From Promethearchaeota archaeon (GTDB lineage Archaea; Asgardarchaeota; Hermodarchaeia; Hermodarchaeales; Hermodarchaeaceae): a stretch of 32,000 nucleotides of DNA. The notes beneath the pieces are model-generated. The model was not told the DNA's origin, searched no databases, and worked only from the letters and a program-made list of their open reading frames with translations. Numbering within the stretch: the stretch's first letter is position 1; each line of letters starts with the position of its first letter. The stretch lies in contig JBHLMI010000016.1 of NCBI GenBank assembly GCA_048938295.1, forward strand, positions 22,973-54,972. The letters run 5' to 3'. The position numbers were made by a program, and so were the translations under genes. This document shows positions 16,635 to 25,448 of the stretch, piece by piece.

Positions 16635-17582
16635 TTACGATCTCCGTTTCTGCGCCTTTGCAGCCGCTAGAACGGTTTGTGCTAGCTTCTTTTTACGGGC
16701 TATAGATGTCATGAGTGTCTGTTCAATTACGACTCTCATTCCTAACTCCTCGATACGGGATGCAAGATGTCGATCCTCTTTGTCGATCACCATAACATCG
16801 AGGAACTCCTGATAGATTTGTGCCACTCCCACAGCTGACACTTCAATACCCTTACCTTCCATAAATTTGTCTGCCGGACCTTTCACTGGTTTCCCCCCAA
16901 TAATCGGTGAAACGGCAATCTTGATAGCATCAGTGTTTTTGACTCCTTCTTTGATACCAGGTACAGCTAAAATAGGTCCGATACTGACAATGGGATTACT
17001 GGGACATATGATGATAATCTCTGCATGTTCTATCGCTTCTAGAACATCTGGACTTGGTGCAGCACTATCGATGCCATCAAAAAGAACATCCTCAACAGTA
17101 TCTTGGGCCTTTCGCTTCACAAGATACTCTTCGAAATGGACTAATCCGATATCGGTGACAACACGTGTTGGCACCCACTGCTCTGTCATGGGGATAATAC
17201 GACAACGGACTCCCAGCAATTCGCTAATTACCTTTGTGGCTTTCGAAAGTGACCAACCCTGTTGCAGCATTGCGGTTCGTGCAAGGTGGGTGCCCAGGTC
17301 TCGGTCGCCTAGCGAAAACCAGGTATCAAATCCCAACTTCTGAAGCGCCTGTAAGGCATGAAATGTATCTCCTTCTATCCCCCAGCCTTTCTCCGGATCC
17401 ACAATCCCAGCAAGGGTGTATGTGACGATATCCACATCAGGAGAAATGTACAAACCCATGAAATTTGCCATATCATCTCCGGTGTTAACGATAATCGTAA
17501 GTTCATCAGATGGCAGCACCCTGACAAGTCCTTCTAAAAACCGTGCTGCACCCACGCCGCCAGCTAACGCTACCACTGACAT
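16635..17582 (-). CDS. cofD: 2-phospho-L-lactate (or EPPG) transferase, F420 biosynthesis
   Basis: MSVVALAGGVGAARFLEGL N-terminus and overall CofD/YvcK-family pattern. The ATG at 17582 lies 4 nt after the upstream gene's stop. The longer ORF-track start at 17681 would overlap that upstream gene. Confidence 0.8.
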   Translation of the reverse strand: MSVVALAGGVGAARFLEGLVRVLPSDELTIIVNTGDDMANFMGLYISPDVDIVTYTLAGIVDPEKGWGIEGDTFHALQALQKLGFDTWFSLGDRDLGTHLARTAMLQQGWSLSKATKVISELLGVRCRIIPMTEQWVPTRVVTDIGLVHFEEYLVKRKAQDTVEDVLFDGIDSAAPSPDVLEAIEHAEIIIICPSNPIVSIGPILAVPGIKEGVKNTDAIKIAVSPIIGGKPVKGPADKFMEGKGIEVSAVGVAQIYQEFLDVMVIDKEDRHLASRIEELGMRVVIEQTLMTSIARKKKLAQTVLAAAKAQKRRS

Positions 17583-17586
17583 AGAC

Positions 17587-18204
17587 TCAGCATCCCTCTC
17601 CTTTGATGAATCTAACAAGTTTCTCAAGAGGTTGCCTTGGAGGTGGATCCGGCATATCATCAGCATATCCCAAAGTAACAAGAGCCTGTGGAATGACGGT
17701 CTCTGGTAATCTTAGAATCTGTTGCACAGTATCTGGACAAAACAAGGGGGCACAAAACCAACATCCTGCTAAACCCTCTGCATGCGCTGTAAGAAGCAGT
17801 GTTTGGATCGCGGCTGCTACACTTTGAACAGCCATTGTGTATTCAGCACGTTGACGTTTATCATCCGGATATACATCCATTGGTTCCATCGTAAGACACG
17901 CGAGGATGAGAACCGGAGCGCTTGTAAACCGTGTGATAGAAGTGGCTACCAATTCGTCTATCTTCATCGGTTCCTCTCCATCTGCTGTCAAATCCTGTCG
18001 CAACACATTCCCCATCGCATTTGCAAGTCTCGCCTTTTCCTTCATAGACTGCAACACGAAGAACCGCCAAGGCTGGGCGTTATGCGCCGAAGGCGCCCAT
18101 AAGGTTGCCTCAAGGACGCGGTTAAGCTGAGCCAATGCAACGGGCTTTTCCTTCAATTCACGAATACTCCGTCGGCTCGTAATTAACTCATAAAACTGCC
18201 GCAT
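17587..18204 (-). CDS. Nitroreductase-fold flavoprotein, FbiB C-terminal-domain-like (candidate dehydro-F420-0 reductase)
   Basis: RRSIRELKEKPV...LEATLWAPSAHNAQPWRF nitroreductase signature. The ATG at 18204 is preceded by GGTGGAGTGA. Confidence 0.7.
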   Translation of the reverse strand: MRQFYELITSRRSIRELKEKPVALAQLNRVLEATLWAPSAHNAQPWRFFVLQSMKEKARLANAMGNVLRQDLTADGEEPMKIDELVATSITRFTSAPVLILACLTMEPMDVYPDDKRQRAEYTMAVQSVAAAIQTLLLTAHAEGLAGCWFCAPLFCPDTVQQILRLPETVIPQALVTLGYADDMPDPPPRQPLEKLVRFIKGEGC

Positions 18205-18442
18205 CAAAATTCACTCCACCGTACTAGAATAGATACACTTTGCCTTTCAATCCCTTATAGGCTATGCTCAGTCGCCTTGTTAACTCCTTAATCAGTTTAT
18301 TATCATCCGCAATCTAGACAAATACTTAAGAACGCGTGTTTCGCGGCACTAGGTGGACTTTGAAGAGAAGGCTAGCCTCTTCAGAGTGTGTGCATTGCAC
18401 TCATGCGGCTACAAAGGCAACTCCAATCTTAAGGTGGATATC

Positions 18443-21400
18443 ATGCGGCGAAAACAGATCTTCTTATTGGTAGTAATGTCAATCCTGCTCTTTCCCCTCG
18501 TTCCTCTTGTTCCCTCTAACAAGGCAATATCACCTCACACCAGCACTTCGGATGTGGAAACCGGAACCTCTCCGGATTCATTATTCAACAATCCCCTTGA
18601 CACTTCATTGACTACACCTGAGTTTACTTTGCCAACCGGTATCTCTATTCCGGACAATCCTGTAGAAACCCCTGATATCCCAATCAGCCAATCTGGGGCT
18701 GGTTCAACTCGTCTTACACAATTAACATGGAATATATCACGGTCATTCAACAATCGAAATGATGTTTCAGATTACACAGTCCATATCACTAAGGGCATGC
18801 TATATCATGATGAAAGCTACTTCACCCGCATCGGGGATATCCACTCAAATAAAGACTACATACTGGTTGAAGACCATGATCCCTTAGCCGGTTGGCGCTA
18901 TTACTGGCCAATGGAAGAAAAGGCCTGGCCTGGTGAAGTCGTGTTTATGGCCTTTAATATTAGCGGGCTCTCCCCAATTGAGCTAACTGAATTTGTAATC
19001 TACCTCTATTCACCAAGTACTCCACCCAATCCTGTCTCTGGGGGTTGGTATAATTATACTGTGTATGCTGCAGCCCCCAGTGGAACCTCGGGCTTGGGAA
19101 CTATGCCAAATTTGGCTCAACGTATGGGACCTTGGATGCAGGAACTTGTTCCAGATATCCCAAGAGGGGATGAACTTTGGGTTCCGCTCCCCACTACCCC
19201 TATTATTTTGGATAGCGGAATGACTTATGCGAACACCTTCTACTTTGCCCTCACAATGATGCCTGGTGCTGCTGCAAATTGGGCATTGATGGAGGATGTC
19301 GGAATTCCCCCCGATGGAGATGGTGATGATGAAGGTGATGCATGGTATTCCTATCCTTGGCCAAGCCTTACTTTCTTCTCGGGTCCTTCGCATGATTTCT
19401 TCCTCGGACTTGCATTCACACGGTTCTTCTATCCCAGTGAGATAGGCATGGCTGTGAATGCTACTCCTGTGATGGACCAGTTTCCAACTCCTGGAATTGG
19501 TTTATGGGATGGTGGCTGGCATTCACCAGCCATCAATATGACGAATGCTGACCGATATTATGACGTGTCATACAGCATGCCAGGTTTAACCTATGATGTA
19601 GATTGGCTTGGCTGGTTTTATGAACTAGTATATGCTGATTCGCACTGGACCGCGTACGTTTTCCAAGATTGGGTTGATTGGAACGTAAGCTTCTATGCTG
19701 AGTTTCCTGTTCTAGCGCTTGATCAGAGAATATTAGTTTCGATTGGGTCAGATTGGACAGTGCTTTCTGTCCAATGCAATGGATTGAACCACTTGGACTG
19801 GTCATATCAATATTCTCCCACCACCGGATACTGGCTTGTCATTGATAACGCCCGAAGTGGACAATGGACCATCCTTTGCGATTCACCAGATTATATGGTA
19901 GATTCGGAAGTTCGGGATATGTCAAATCAGGTGATTACACAAGCCACAGGCGACGATGACGTAACAGCCATAGGGTACGTTGAGGATCAATCCGGTCAAA
20001 ACGCCACCAACGGATATGGCTATCTACTCGTTTACGATCCACGAGATGCCTTCAATACTTTTAATTTCAGTGCCCTTCCGATGCCTCCAGGTGGAATGGT
20101 CGAAATCAATTGGTCAATTTGGCTAACCTCCACATGGGCAGGCGTGTACACGCTCCATATCCTCTGGACAAATGGCAGTGAGGCAGGCCTGAATCTCCAA
20201 ACTCTCGAAGTCTACATGCAAACTAATCTAAAAATCACCTATGAATTCCCTCCAGCTGGCGATCCCGTGATTCGCGGTGACGTGGTCCATATTGAAGTCT
20301 ATTTTGACAACCAATGGGGATTCCCAATCTACGATGCTACAGTCACAATCATTAATGACAGCAGTGGATTAGAATGGGGGCTTGGCCCAGGCGACACCAA
20401 AATTGATTATGAGTATATCAACTGGGAAGAACAAGGCTTTCCCGGATACTACACAGCACTCCTCTTTACTGAAAATGCCTCTCTTGGAGTTTTACACAAT
20501 ATCACAATGCAGCTCTCCTCGCCCTATAATCAGGATCAGAGTGTGACAAAACAATTCGAGGTAAAGAGCCGGGCAACTCATATCGTGTTCTTCTGGGAAG
20601 GGCAACCACTTCCAGGATTGAATAATATCTCGGATATTTGGTTTACTGATCCTCACCCCTACATCAACGATACATCTTTACAGTTCACTATTCGTTATAC
20701 CGATGATTTTGGTCTACCCATTACTGGAGCTCAAATTACCCCGTATCTCGTTCACGAGACGCAGGGGGTCTACAAACGGCTTGATTGGGTTGACCTATAT
20801 CTTATTGACTCAACTAAACCAGGCTTCTATAATATCACCATCGATACCAATCCAATAGCTGGCAGAGCCTTTCACGAAGGTGATCCAGCCTATATTGTCA
20901 TTTATGCAAGTAAGTTTGGCTACGAATCAACCTGGTCAGACACAATCGATGTCTTACCCCAACCTCGACCTTCCCGCATCGATGTGCCACTCGAATTTCA
21001 AGAAATCACATTATACCACGATTGGACTTATCCCACAAGTGGGCATCCTAACATTCTCCGTGTTATTCTCCGTGATGCCATAAACAGTGAAGACCTGAGT
21101 CATGGAACAGTAAAAGCTAGTGTAGGTGGGTTACCAAACATCACCCTCATTTTAGCAACTCCCGGACTTGGGCTTTATGAAATTGAAAATATCACAACAG
21201 CAGGATTACTACCTGGGGTCTATAACATCACACTCTATGCTGAAGCACGAGATTTCGTTGAAACAGTAACCTATGTCCAACTGACAATCCTTCCCAAACA
21301 GACAATCGGGTATACCATCGATTCGAACTTCGAAGAATTACAAATGCCTAATTATGGTTTGGAGTGGTGGATCTCTCTTCAGCTTTATCTTGAAAATCCT

Positions 21401-22522
21401 CCTGGTTTCAAGAACTCGGATTCAATTTTTGGAGTTAGTCGCCAACCAGGAGTAAGCTTCATACCTAGTGGTGTTAAGGTCATTTTAACCATTACCGCAC
21501 AGAGTGGAAATTATGCCCCGATAGAGGGAACTGTTGGCGAAGATGGAATGGTGCATTTTTCAGGGGACCTTATCCATGAAGGGGAACATAATTTCTACAT
21601 AAGCCTAGAAGGTGCAGAGAATTATGCCACCATCACGAATATGGAGATCCAGCCCAGTAGCCAACCCGTTAGCGTTATGTCAATGACTTCTCTTATTACT
21701 CAAAATCTCCCAACAATTCTTATGCTGGTCGCCCTTATCACCATAATTCCATTGGGTTCATTTCTAGCCTACCGGCGCTATTATCTCCTACCCAAACGCC
21801 AAGAAAAATTAGAGAAATACCAAACCATTGCAGATACTTTCAGTGACGTAGCGAATCTTAATCGACTCCTCGTACTCCACAAAGAAAGCGGCATTTGCGT
21901 CTTTGATCCCTTCGCTGAAGAAAGCCAAGACGCAACGTTAGTAGCAGGATTTCTCCAAGCAATTTCCACCTTTGGACATGACCTAGGAGACAGTCAAGGG
22001 CTTGCAAATGGTTCAGATGAGGCACGTACCCTCCGCGAACTCCAATACGAAGGCTTTCGAATCCTCATCAACGATGCCCAGTTCATTCGTGTTGCTTTAG
22101 TTCTGAGTGGAACACCCAGTGAACAACTCCGAGGTCGACTCGAAACCTTCTCAGACGTCTTTGAGAAACGATATCAAGCTGACTTTGAGCAATGGGAGGG
22201 CCGCGTAGATCAGTTCAATGGCGCCTCAGACCTCGTTGAAGATGTCTTTCTAATCTCACTACGCCACCCCCATAGTGTGACGCCAAGTAAACCTCGCGGA
22301 ATCCAACTAACCTCAGTGGAATCCGATATTTACAGCCTTTCCAAAGAACTGACCAAAGACCGAGAATACATCTTCCTTGGACAAATCCTAAGCACCTATC
22401 TCGCTGCAGCGAAAACCGATAAACTGGAAGCTTTAATGGGCATCTATCAGCTCCGAATGAAAGGTATATTCCAACCACTGCATATCATCCCCGCCCCAAC
22501 AACTACTGCGTCAGCTGGCTAG
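18443..22522 (+). CDS. Giant (1359 aa) predicted type I surface glycoprotein with a 243-aa cytoplasmic tail (longin/roadblock-like plus winged-helix-like)
   Basis: The ATG at 18443 is preceded by AAGGTGGA. Signal/anchor MRRKQIFLLVVMSILLFPLVPLVP. W/Y/N-rich ectodomain with many N-x-S/T sequons. Single TM at about 21707-21772 (LPTILMLVALITIIPLGSFLAY) followed by RRYY. The tail spans 21791-22519. Confidence 0.8.
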   Translation: MRRKQIFLLVVMSILLFPLVPLVPSNKAISPHTSTSDVETGTSPDSLFNNPLDTSLTTPEFTLPTGISIPDNPVETPDIPISQSGAGSTRLTQLTWNISRSFNNRNDVSDYTVHITKGMLYHDESYFTRIGDIHSNKDYILVEDHDPLAGWRYYWPMEEKAWPGEVVFMAFNISGLSPIELTEFVIYLYSPSTPPNPVSGGWYNYTVYAAAPSGTSGLGTMPNLAQRMGPWMQELVPDIPRGDELWVPLPTTPIILDSGMTYANTFYFALTMMPGAAANWALMEDVGIPPDGDGDDEGDAWYSYPWPSLTFFSGPSHDFFLGLAFTRFFYPSEIGMAVNATPVMDQFPTPGIGLWDGGWHSPAINMTNADRYYDVSYSMPGLTYDVDWLGWFYELVYADSHWTAYVFQDWVDWNVSFYAEFPVLALDQRILVSIGSDWTVLSVQCNGLNHLDWSYQYSPTTGYWLVIDNARSGQWTILCDSPDYMVDSEVRDMSNQVITQATGDDDVTAIGYVEDQSGQNATNGYGYLLVYDPRDAFNTFNFSALPMPPGGMVEINWSIWLTSTWAGVYTLHILWTNGSEAGLNLQTLEVYMQTNLKITYEFPPAGDPVIRGDVVHIEVYFDNQWGFPIYDATVTIINDSSGLEWGLGPGDTKIDYEYINWEEQGFPGYYTALLFTENASLGVLHNITMQLSSPYNQDQSVTKQFEVKSRATHIVFFWEGQPLPGLNNISDIWFTDPHPYINDTSLQFTIRYTDDFGLPITGAQITPYLVHETQGVYKRLDWVDLYLIDSTKPGFYNITIDTNPIAGRAFHEGDPAYIVIYASKFGYESTWSDTIDVLPQPRPSRIDVPLEFQEITLYHDWTYPTSGHPNILRVILRDAINSEDLSHGTVKASVGGLPNITLILATPGLGLYEIENITTAGLLPGVYNITLYAEARDFVETVTYVQLTILPKQTIGYTIDSNFEELQMPNYGLEWWISLQLYLENPPGFKNSDSIFGVSRQPGVSFIPSGVKVILTITAQSGNYAPIEGTVGEDGMVHFSGDLIHEGEHNFYISLEGAENYATITNMEIQPSSQPVSVMSMTSLITQNLPTILMLVALITIIPLGSFLAYRRYYLLPKRQEKLEKYQTIADTFSDVANLNRLLVLHKESGICVFDPFAEESQDATLVAGFLQAISTFGHDLGDSQGLANGSDEARTLRELQYEGFRILINDAQFIRVALVLSGTPSEQLRGRLETFSDVFEKRYQADFEQWEGRVDQFNGASDLVEDVFLISLRHPHSVTPSKPRGIQLTSVESDIYSLSKELTKDREYIFLGQILSTYLAAAKTDKLEALMGIYQLRMKGIFQPLHIIPAPTTTASAG

Positions 22523-22598
22523 ACTCGCTACACCGCTAATTACTCTTTCCAGTCTTAATAGTACTGAATATGCCTAAAACCAACGCTTACAAATATAA

Positions 22599-22673
22599 TG
22601 GAGCCGAGGATGGGATTTGAACCCATATAGAACAGCTCTGCAGGCTGTCGCGTGGCCACTCCGCCACCTCGGC
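22599..22673 (-). tRNA. tRNA-Cys (anticodon GCA), CCA encoded
   Basis: Manual cloverleaf. Acceptor stem GCCGAGG/CCTCGGC. T arm ATGGG-TTCAAAT-CCCAT. Anticodon arm ACAGC-CTGCAGA-GCTGT. 5-nt variable loop. Discriminator U73, as expected for tRNA-Cys. 3' CCA is present in the DNA. Confidence 0.9.
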
Positions 22674-22783
22674 AGAAAAAAACAGCCACCCCCTCATTAC
22701 CTTACCGCTTTTTTGCTCTTTCGGTAATGGGATTAGCTTTTTATTGCTGCACGAGAGACCAGAATCCAGGGGCAGAACTAACA

Positions 22784-24052
22784 ATGACAGGCAACTCCTC
22801 GGAAAAAGCGATACTAGTTATTAGCGACGGGCTTGGTGACCGACCAATCCCTGCTCTAAAAGGGAAAACCCCCTTAGAAGCTGCTAAGAAACCCACACTC
22901 GATAAGCTTGCGGCAAAAGGCATCACGGGTCTTGTGCATGTCCTCTCACCAGGAATTCCCCCTGGAAGCGATACAGGCCACCTTTCCCTCTTCGGGTATG
23001 ATGCCCGAGACTGCTATACGGGACGAGGCCCCTTCGAAGCCTTGGGTGCCAGCCTCGATCTCGGACCAACTGATGTTGCCTTCCGAGGGAATTTTGCCAC
23101 AGTCCGCCAACTGAAAGATGAAACATACGATGTTTTAGATCGGCGAGCAGGCCGCAACGTAGCTGAAGGTGCAGAACTTGTCAAACTCATCGATGGGCTG
23201 AAAGTACCTGGTTATCCCACGATTGAAGTCACTGTAAGGCATACAGTTGAACATCGTTGCGTGGTTGTGATTCGAGGCGACGGACTATCTTCGAAAATTT
23301 CCGACACTGATCCCCATGGACATGGCGATTCTGTGCTTGCATCGATGCCGTTAGATGACACATCAGAAGCTGAGCTTACATCTAAAATTGTGAATGCAAC
23401 TACTCGCGAATTTCACCGTATCTTAGCCGATAGTCCCATCAATGCTCAACGAAAGAAGGCTGGGCTACCAGAAGCGAATATCGTAATTCTACGTGGCGCA
23501 GGTGTACTCCCTGAGATTCCATTCCTCAAAGATATCTATGGGATTTCTACCGCCTGCGTGGCGGGTGGAGCTCTCTACAAAGGTGTTGCCCAGAGTGTAG
23601 GTATGGACGTGCTCTCTGTACCCGGTGACACAGCAAGCTATGACACAGATGTTGAGGCTAAAGCCCGAGCAACAGCTGATGCGTTGAAAAACCATGACTA
23701 TGTGTTTCTCCACTTCAAACCTACCGATAGTGCAGCCCATGATTTGGATCCTAGAAAAAAGATGGCGATGATCGAGAAATTTGATCAGATGGTAGCAACC
23801 CTCACCCAACTTATCGACATGGACCACACTCACATCGCCATAACCGGTGATCACACAACGGCCAGCACTACTGGCCAACACACAGGAGATCCAGTTCCCC
23901 TCCTGCTTGTGGGTCCAACGGTTCGCAATGATGATGTAAAGGAGTTCAGTGAAAGGGCATGTGCTACTGGGGGGCTAGGCTCTATTCTTGGGATGGCTGT
24001 CATGCCCCTGCTAATGAGCGCGATAGACCGAACACCCATGTTTGGTGCCTAA
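22784..24052 (+). CDS. apgM: 2,3-bisphosphoglycerate-independent phosphoglycerate mutase, archaeal type
   Basis: N-terminus KAILVISDGLGDRPIPALKGKTPLEAAKKPTLDKLA. Metal-site context ITGDHTT. The ATG at 22784 is chosen because the longer ORF overlaps the tRNA. Confidence 0.85.
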   Translation: MTGNSSEKAILVISDGLGDRPIPALKGKTPLEAAKKPTLDKLAAKGITGLVHVLSPGIPPGSDTGHLSLFGYDARDCYTGRGPFEALGASLDLGPTDVAFRGNFATVRQLKDETYDVLDRRAGRNVAEGAELVKLIDGLKVPGYPTIEVTVRHTVEHRCVVVIRGDGLSSKISDTDPHGHGDSVLASMPLDDTSEAELTSKIVNATTREFHRILADSPINAQRKKAGLPEANIVILRGAGVLPEIPFLKDIYGISTACVAGGALYKGVAQSVGMDVLSVPGDTASYDTDVEAKARATADALKNHDYVFLHFKPTDSAAHDLDPRKKMAMIEKFDQMVATLTQLIDMDHTHIAITGDHTTASTTGQHTGDPVPLLLVGPTVRNDDVKEFSERACATGGLGSILGMAVMPLLMSAIDRTPMFGA

Positions 24053-24084
24053 GCGTCTGCGTTTTTAAATAGCACAAGCCTTTA

Positions 24085-24438
24085 ATGGAAGCTTTAATGC
24101 ATGAGGGTCTGGTGACAACCTTGGCAAAAGATTCTGGTCTTGTGCTCGCAGGTACTGTCCTTTGCTTTATCGCATCAATTATTGCAGTCATCCTCGGTGT
24201 ACTGGATTTAGTTGCTTTTGACCTCATCAGCGGTGTTATCTACCTCGGTCTCGGTCTAGTGTGTGTCATTTTCACCTTTCGTATCTATAAGCGGTACTTC
24301 CAAACCTATGCAATTCTGCTTCTGGTGTTTTCGATTATTTTCCTCGTCGCAGCATACCTTGTTCTTGGAACTTGGGGATATCTCGTCGGCATTCTCATGC
24401 TCATTGGAGTAATTCTACTCCTTGTTGCGAAAGCTTAA
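24085..24438 (+). CDS. Small integral membrane protein (3-4 TM helices), unknown function
   Basis: Strongly hydrophobic helices. A TTTTTAAATA box at 24062-24071 suggests the start may instead be the ATG at 24097 (leaderless). Confidence 0.55.
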   Translation: MEALMHEGLVTTLAKDSGLVLAGTVLCFIASIIAVILGVLDLVAFDLISGVIYLGLGLVCVIFTFRIYKRYFQTYAILLLVFSIIFLVAAYLVLGTWGYLVGILMLIGVILLLVAKA

Positions 24439-24448
24439 TCAAGCGCGT

Positions 24449-25222
24449 TTATTCAGCGACATCGGACAAGGCTATAATGGCCTTGGTTAGGGCTCGGATG
24501 ATGGCTGAATGGGCGCTTGCCCTTCTTTCTTTTTCTTGCTCTGTCAAGTCATCAAGGATGCTTTTTCCCTCGAGAGGTAAATCCGAAATAACATGCGCTG
24601 CGACCGCATTAATTCCCACAACGCTCGCAACCGTATACAAGGCACTGGTCTCCATTTCAATCCCCATAAACGCCTTTTCTGATAATGCAGTCAAAAACGG
24701 GATAGTCTCCGCTGCTAGCGAATCAGTCGTGAACACGTCCCCAACGAACAACTGGTATCCCTCTTCGTCAGCCACGACCTGAAGAAACGGTTGCACGTGT
24801 TTAGCTAACTCAGAACACACACAAGCCCGATCAAAAAGTGACGCAAAATATCCGGATGCCCCATCTCCGCGCTCACAATCCATGGCTAAAACAAAATCAC
24901 CAATCTCCATTCCTTGTGCGAGCCCACCAATAGCGCCAGTGTATAGGATGTTTTTCACTCCGGCAAATTGCAGAAAGTACACACAATCGGCCATGCCAGG
25001 TGCATACCTGACATTATCCAATATTGTGATGAACTGGTTCTCTTCTAAGAACCCAGACACACCAGTAAACCATTTACCAATTGGCACAGGCTGCTGAAGC
25101 TGGTCTTCAAGTTCAATCACCTTGTTCTTGGTGGGAGTAATCAAGACAGTAGGGGCGATTTGATCGGGGTGTACACCAAAGACGCGGTGGATTATTCGTT
25201 CTGGGTCATATTCTGCAAACAT
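24449..25222 (-). CDS. Nucleoside phosphorylase, PNP/UDP family 1
   Basis: The motifs TGAIGGLAQGMEIGDFV and GIEMETSALYTVA are typical of purine/uridine nucleoside phosphorylases. Substrate is not assignable. Confidence 0.7.
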   Translation of the reverse strand: MFAEYDPERIIHRVFGVHPDQIAPTVLITPTKNKVIELEDQLQQPVPIGKWFTGVSGFLEENQFITILDNVRYAPGMADCVYFLQFAGVKNILYTGAIGGLAQGMEIGDFVLAMDCERGDGASGYFASLFDRACVCSELAKHVQPFLQVVADEEGYQLFVGDVFTTDSLAAETIPFLTALSEKAFMGIEMETSALYTVASVVGINAVAAHVISDLPLEGKSILDDLTEQEKERRASAHSAIIRALTKAIIALSDVAE

Positions 25223-25448
25223 CTATTTTCTCTTCCATATAGTTCGATGTGCTTCAGCACCTGGCATAGCACTCGATGCGGATAGCTGGCAGCTGGTCTC
25301 GCTTAAAAAGCGTTCCTCTATCCAAATACAGAAAGTATTGTCAGCATAGATTTGGCATAAGAAATATTGACGGTGAGCAAGATATATAGACGATACAAAT
25401 TAGATGGCTACTTACACGGTCTTAGAACAAGCCCCGAAGGGTTGAGCT

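Noticed and set aside
16867-17343. 158-aa + strand ORF antisense to cofD
   Set aside because: It is fully embedded antisense to a well-supported gene, has a Ser/Thr/Pro/Arg-rich composition, and carries no motif or SD.
17583-17681. Longer cofD ORF starting at 17681
   Set aside because: It would overlap the 3' end of the nitroreductase gene by 95 nt. The conserved CofD N-terminus (MSVVALAGGVGAARF) starts at the ATG at 17582.
18353-18442. 30-aa extension of the giant ORF (start at 18353)
   Set aside because: It has no SD motif and covers the leader hairpin. The ATG at 18443 has an AAGGTGGA SD motif and starts a proper signal peptide.
22652-22783. N-terminal 44-aa extension of the apgM ORF (ORF track start at 22652)
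   Set aside because: It overlaps tRNA-Cys on the opposite strand and is Pro/Thr-rich. The conserved ApgM N-terminus begins at the ATG at 22784.
23489-23881. 130-aa minus-strand ORF antisense to apgM
   Set aside because: It is embedded antisense to a strongly supported gene and has no recognisable features.
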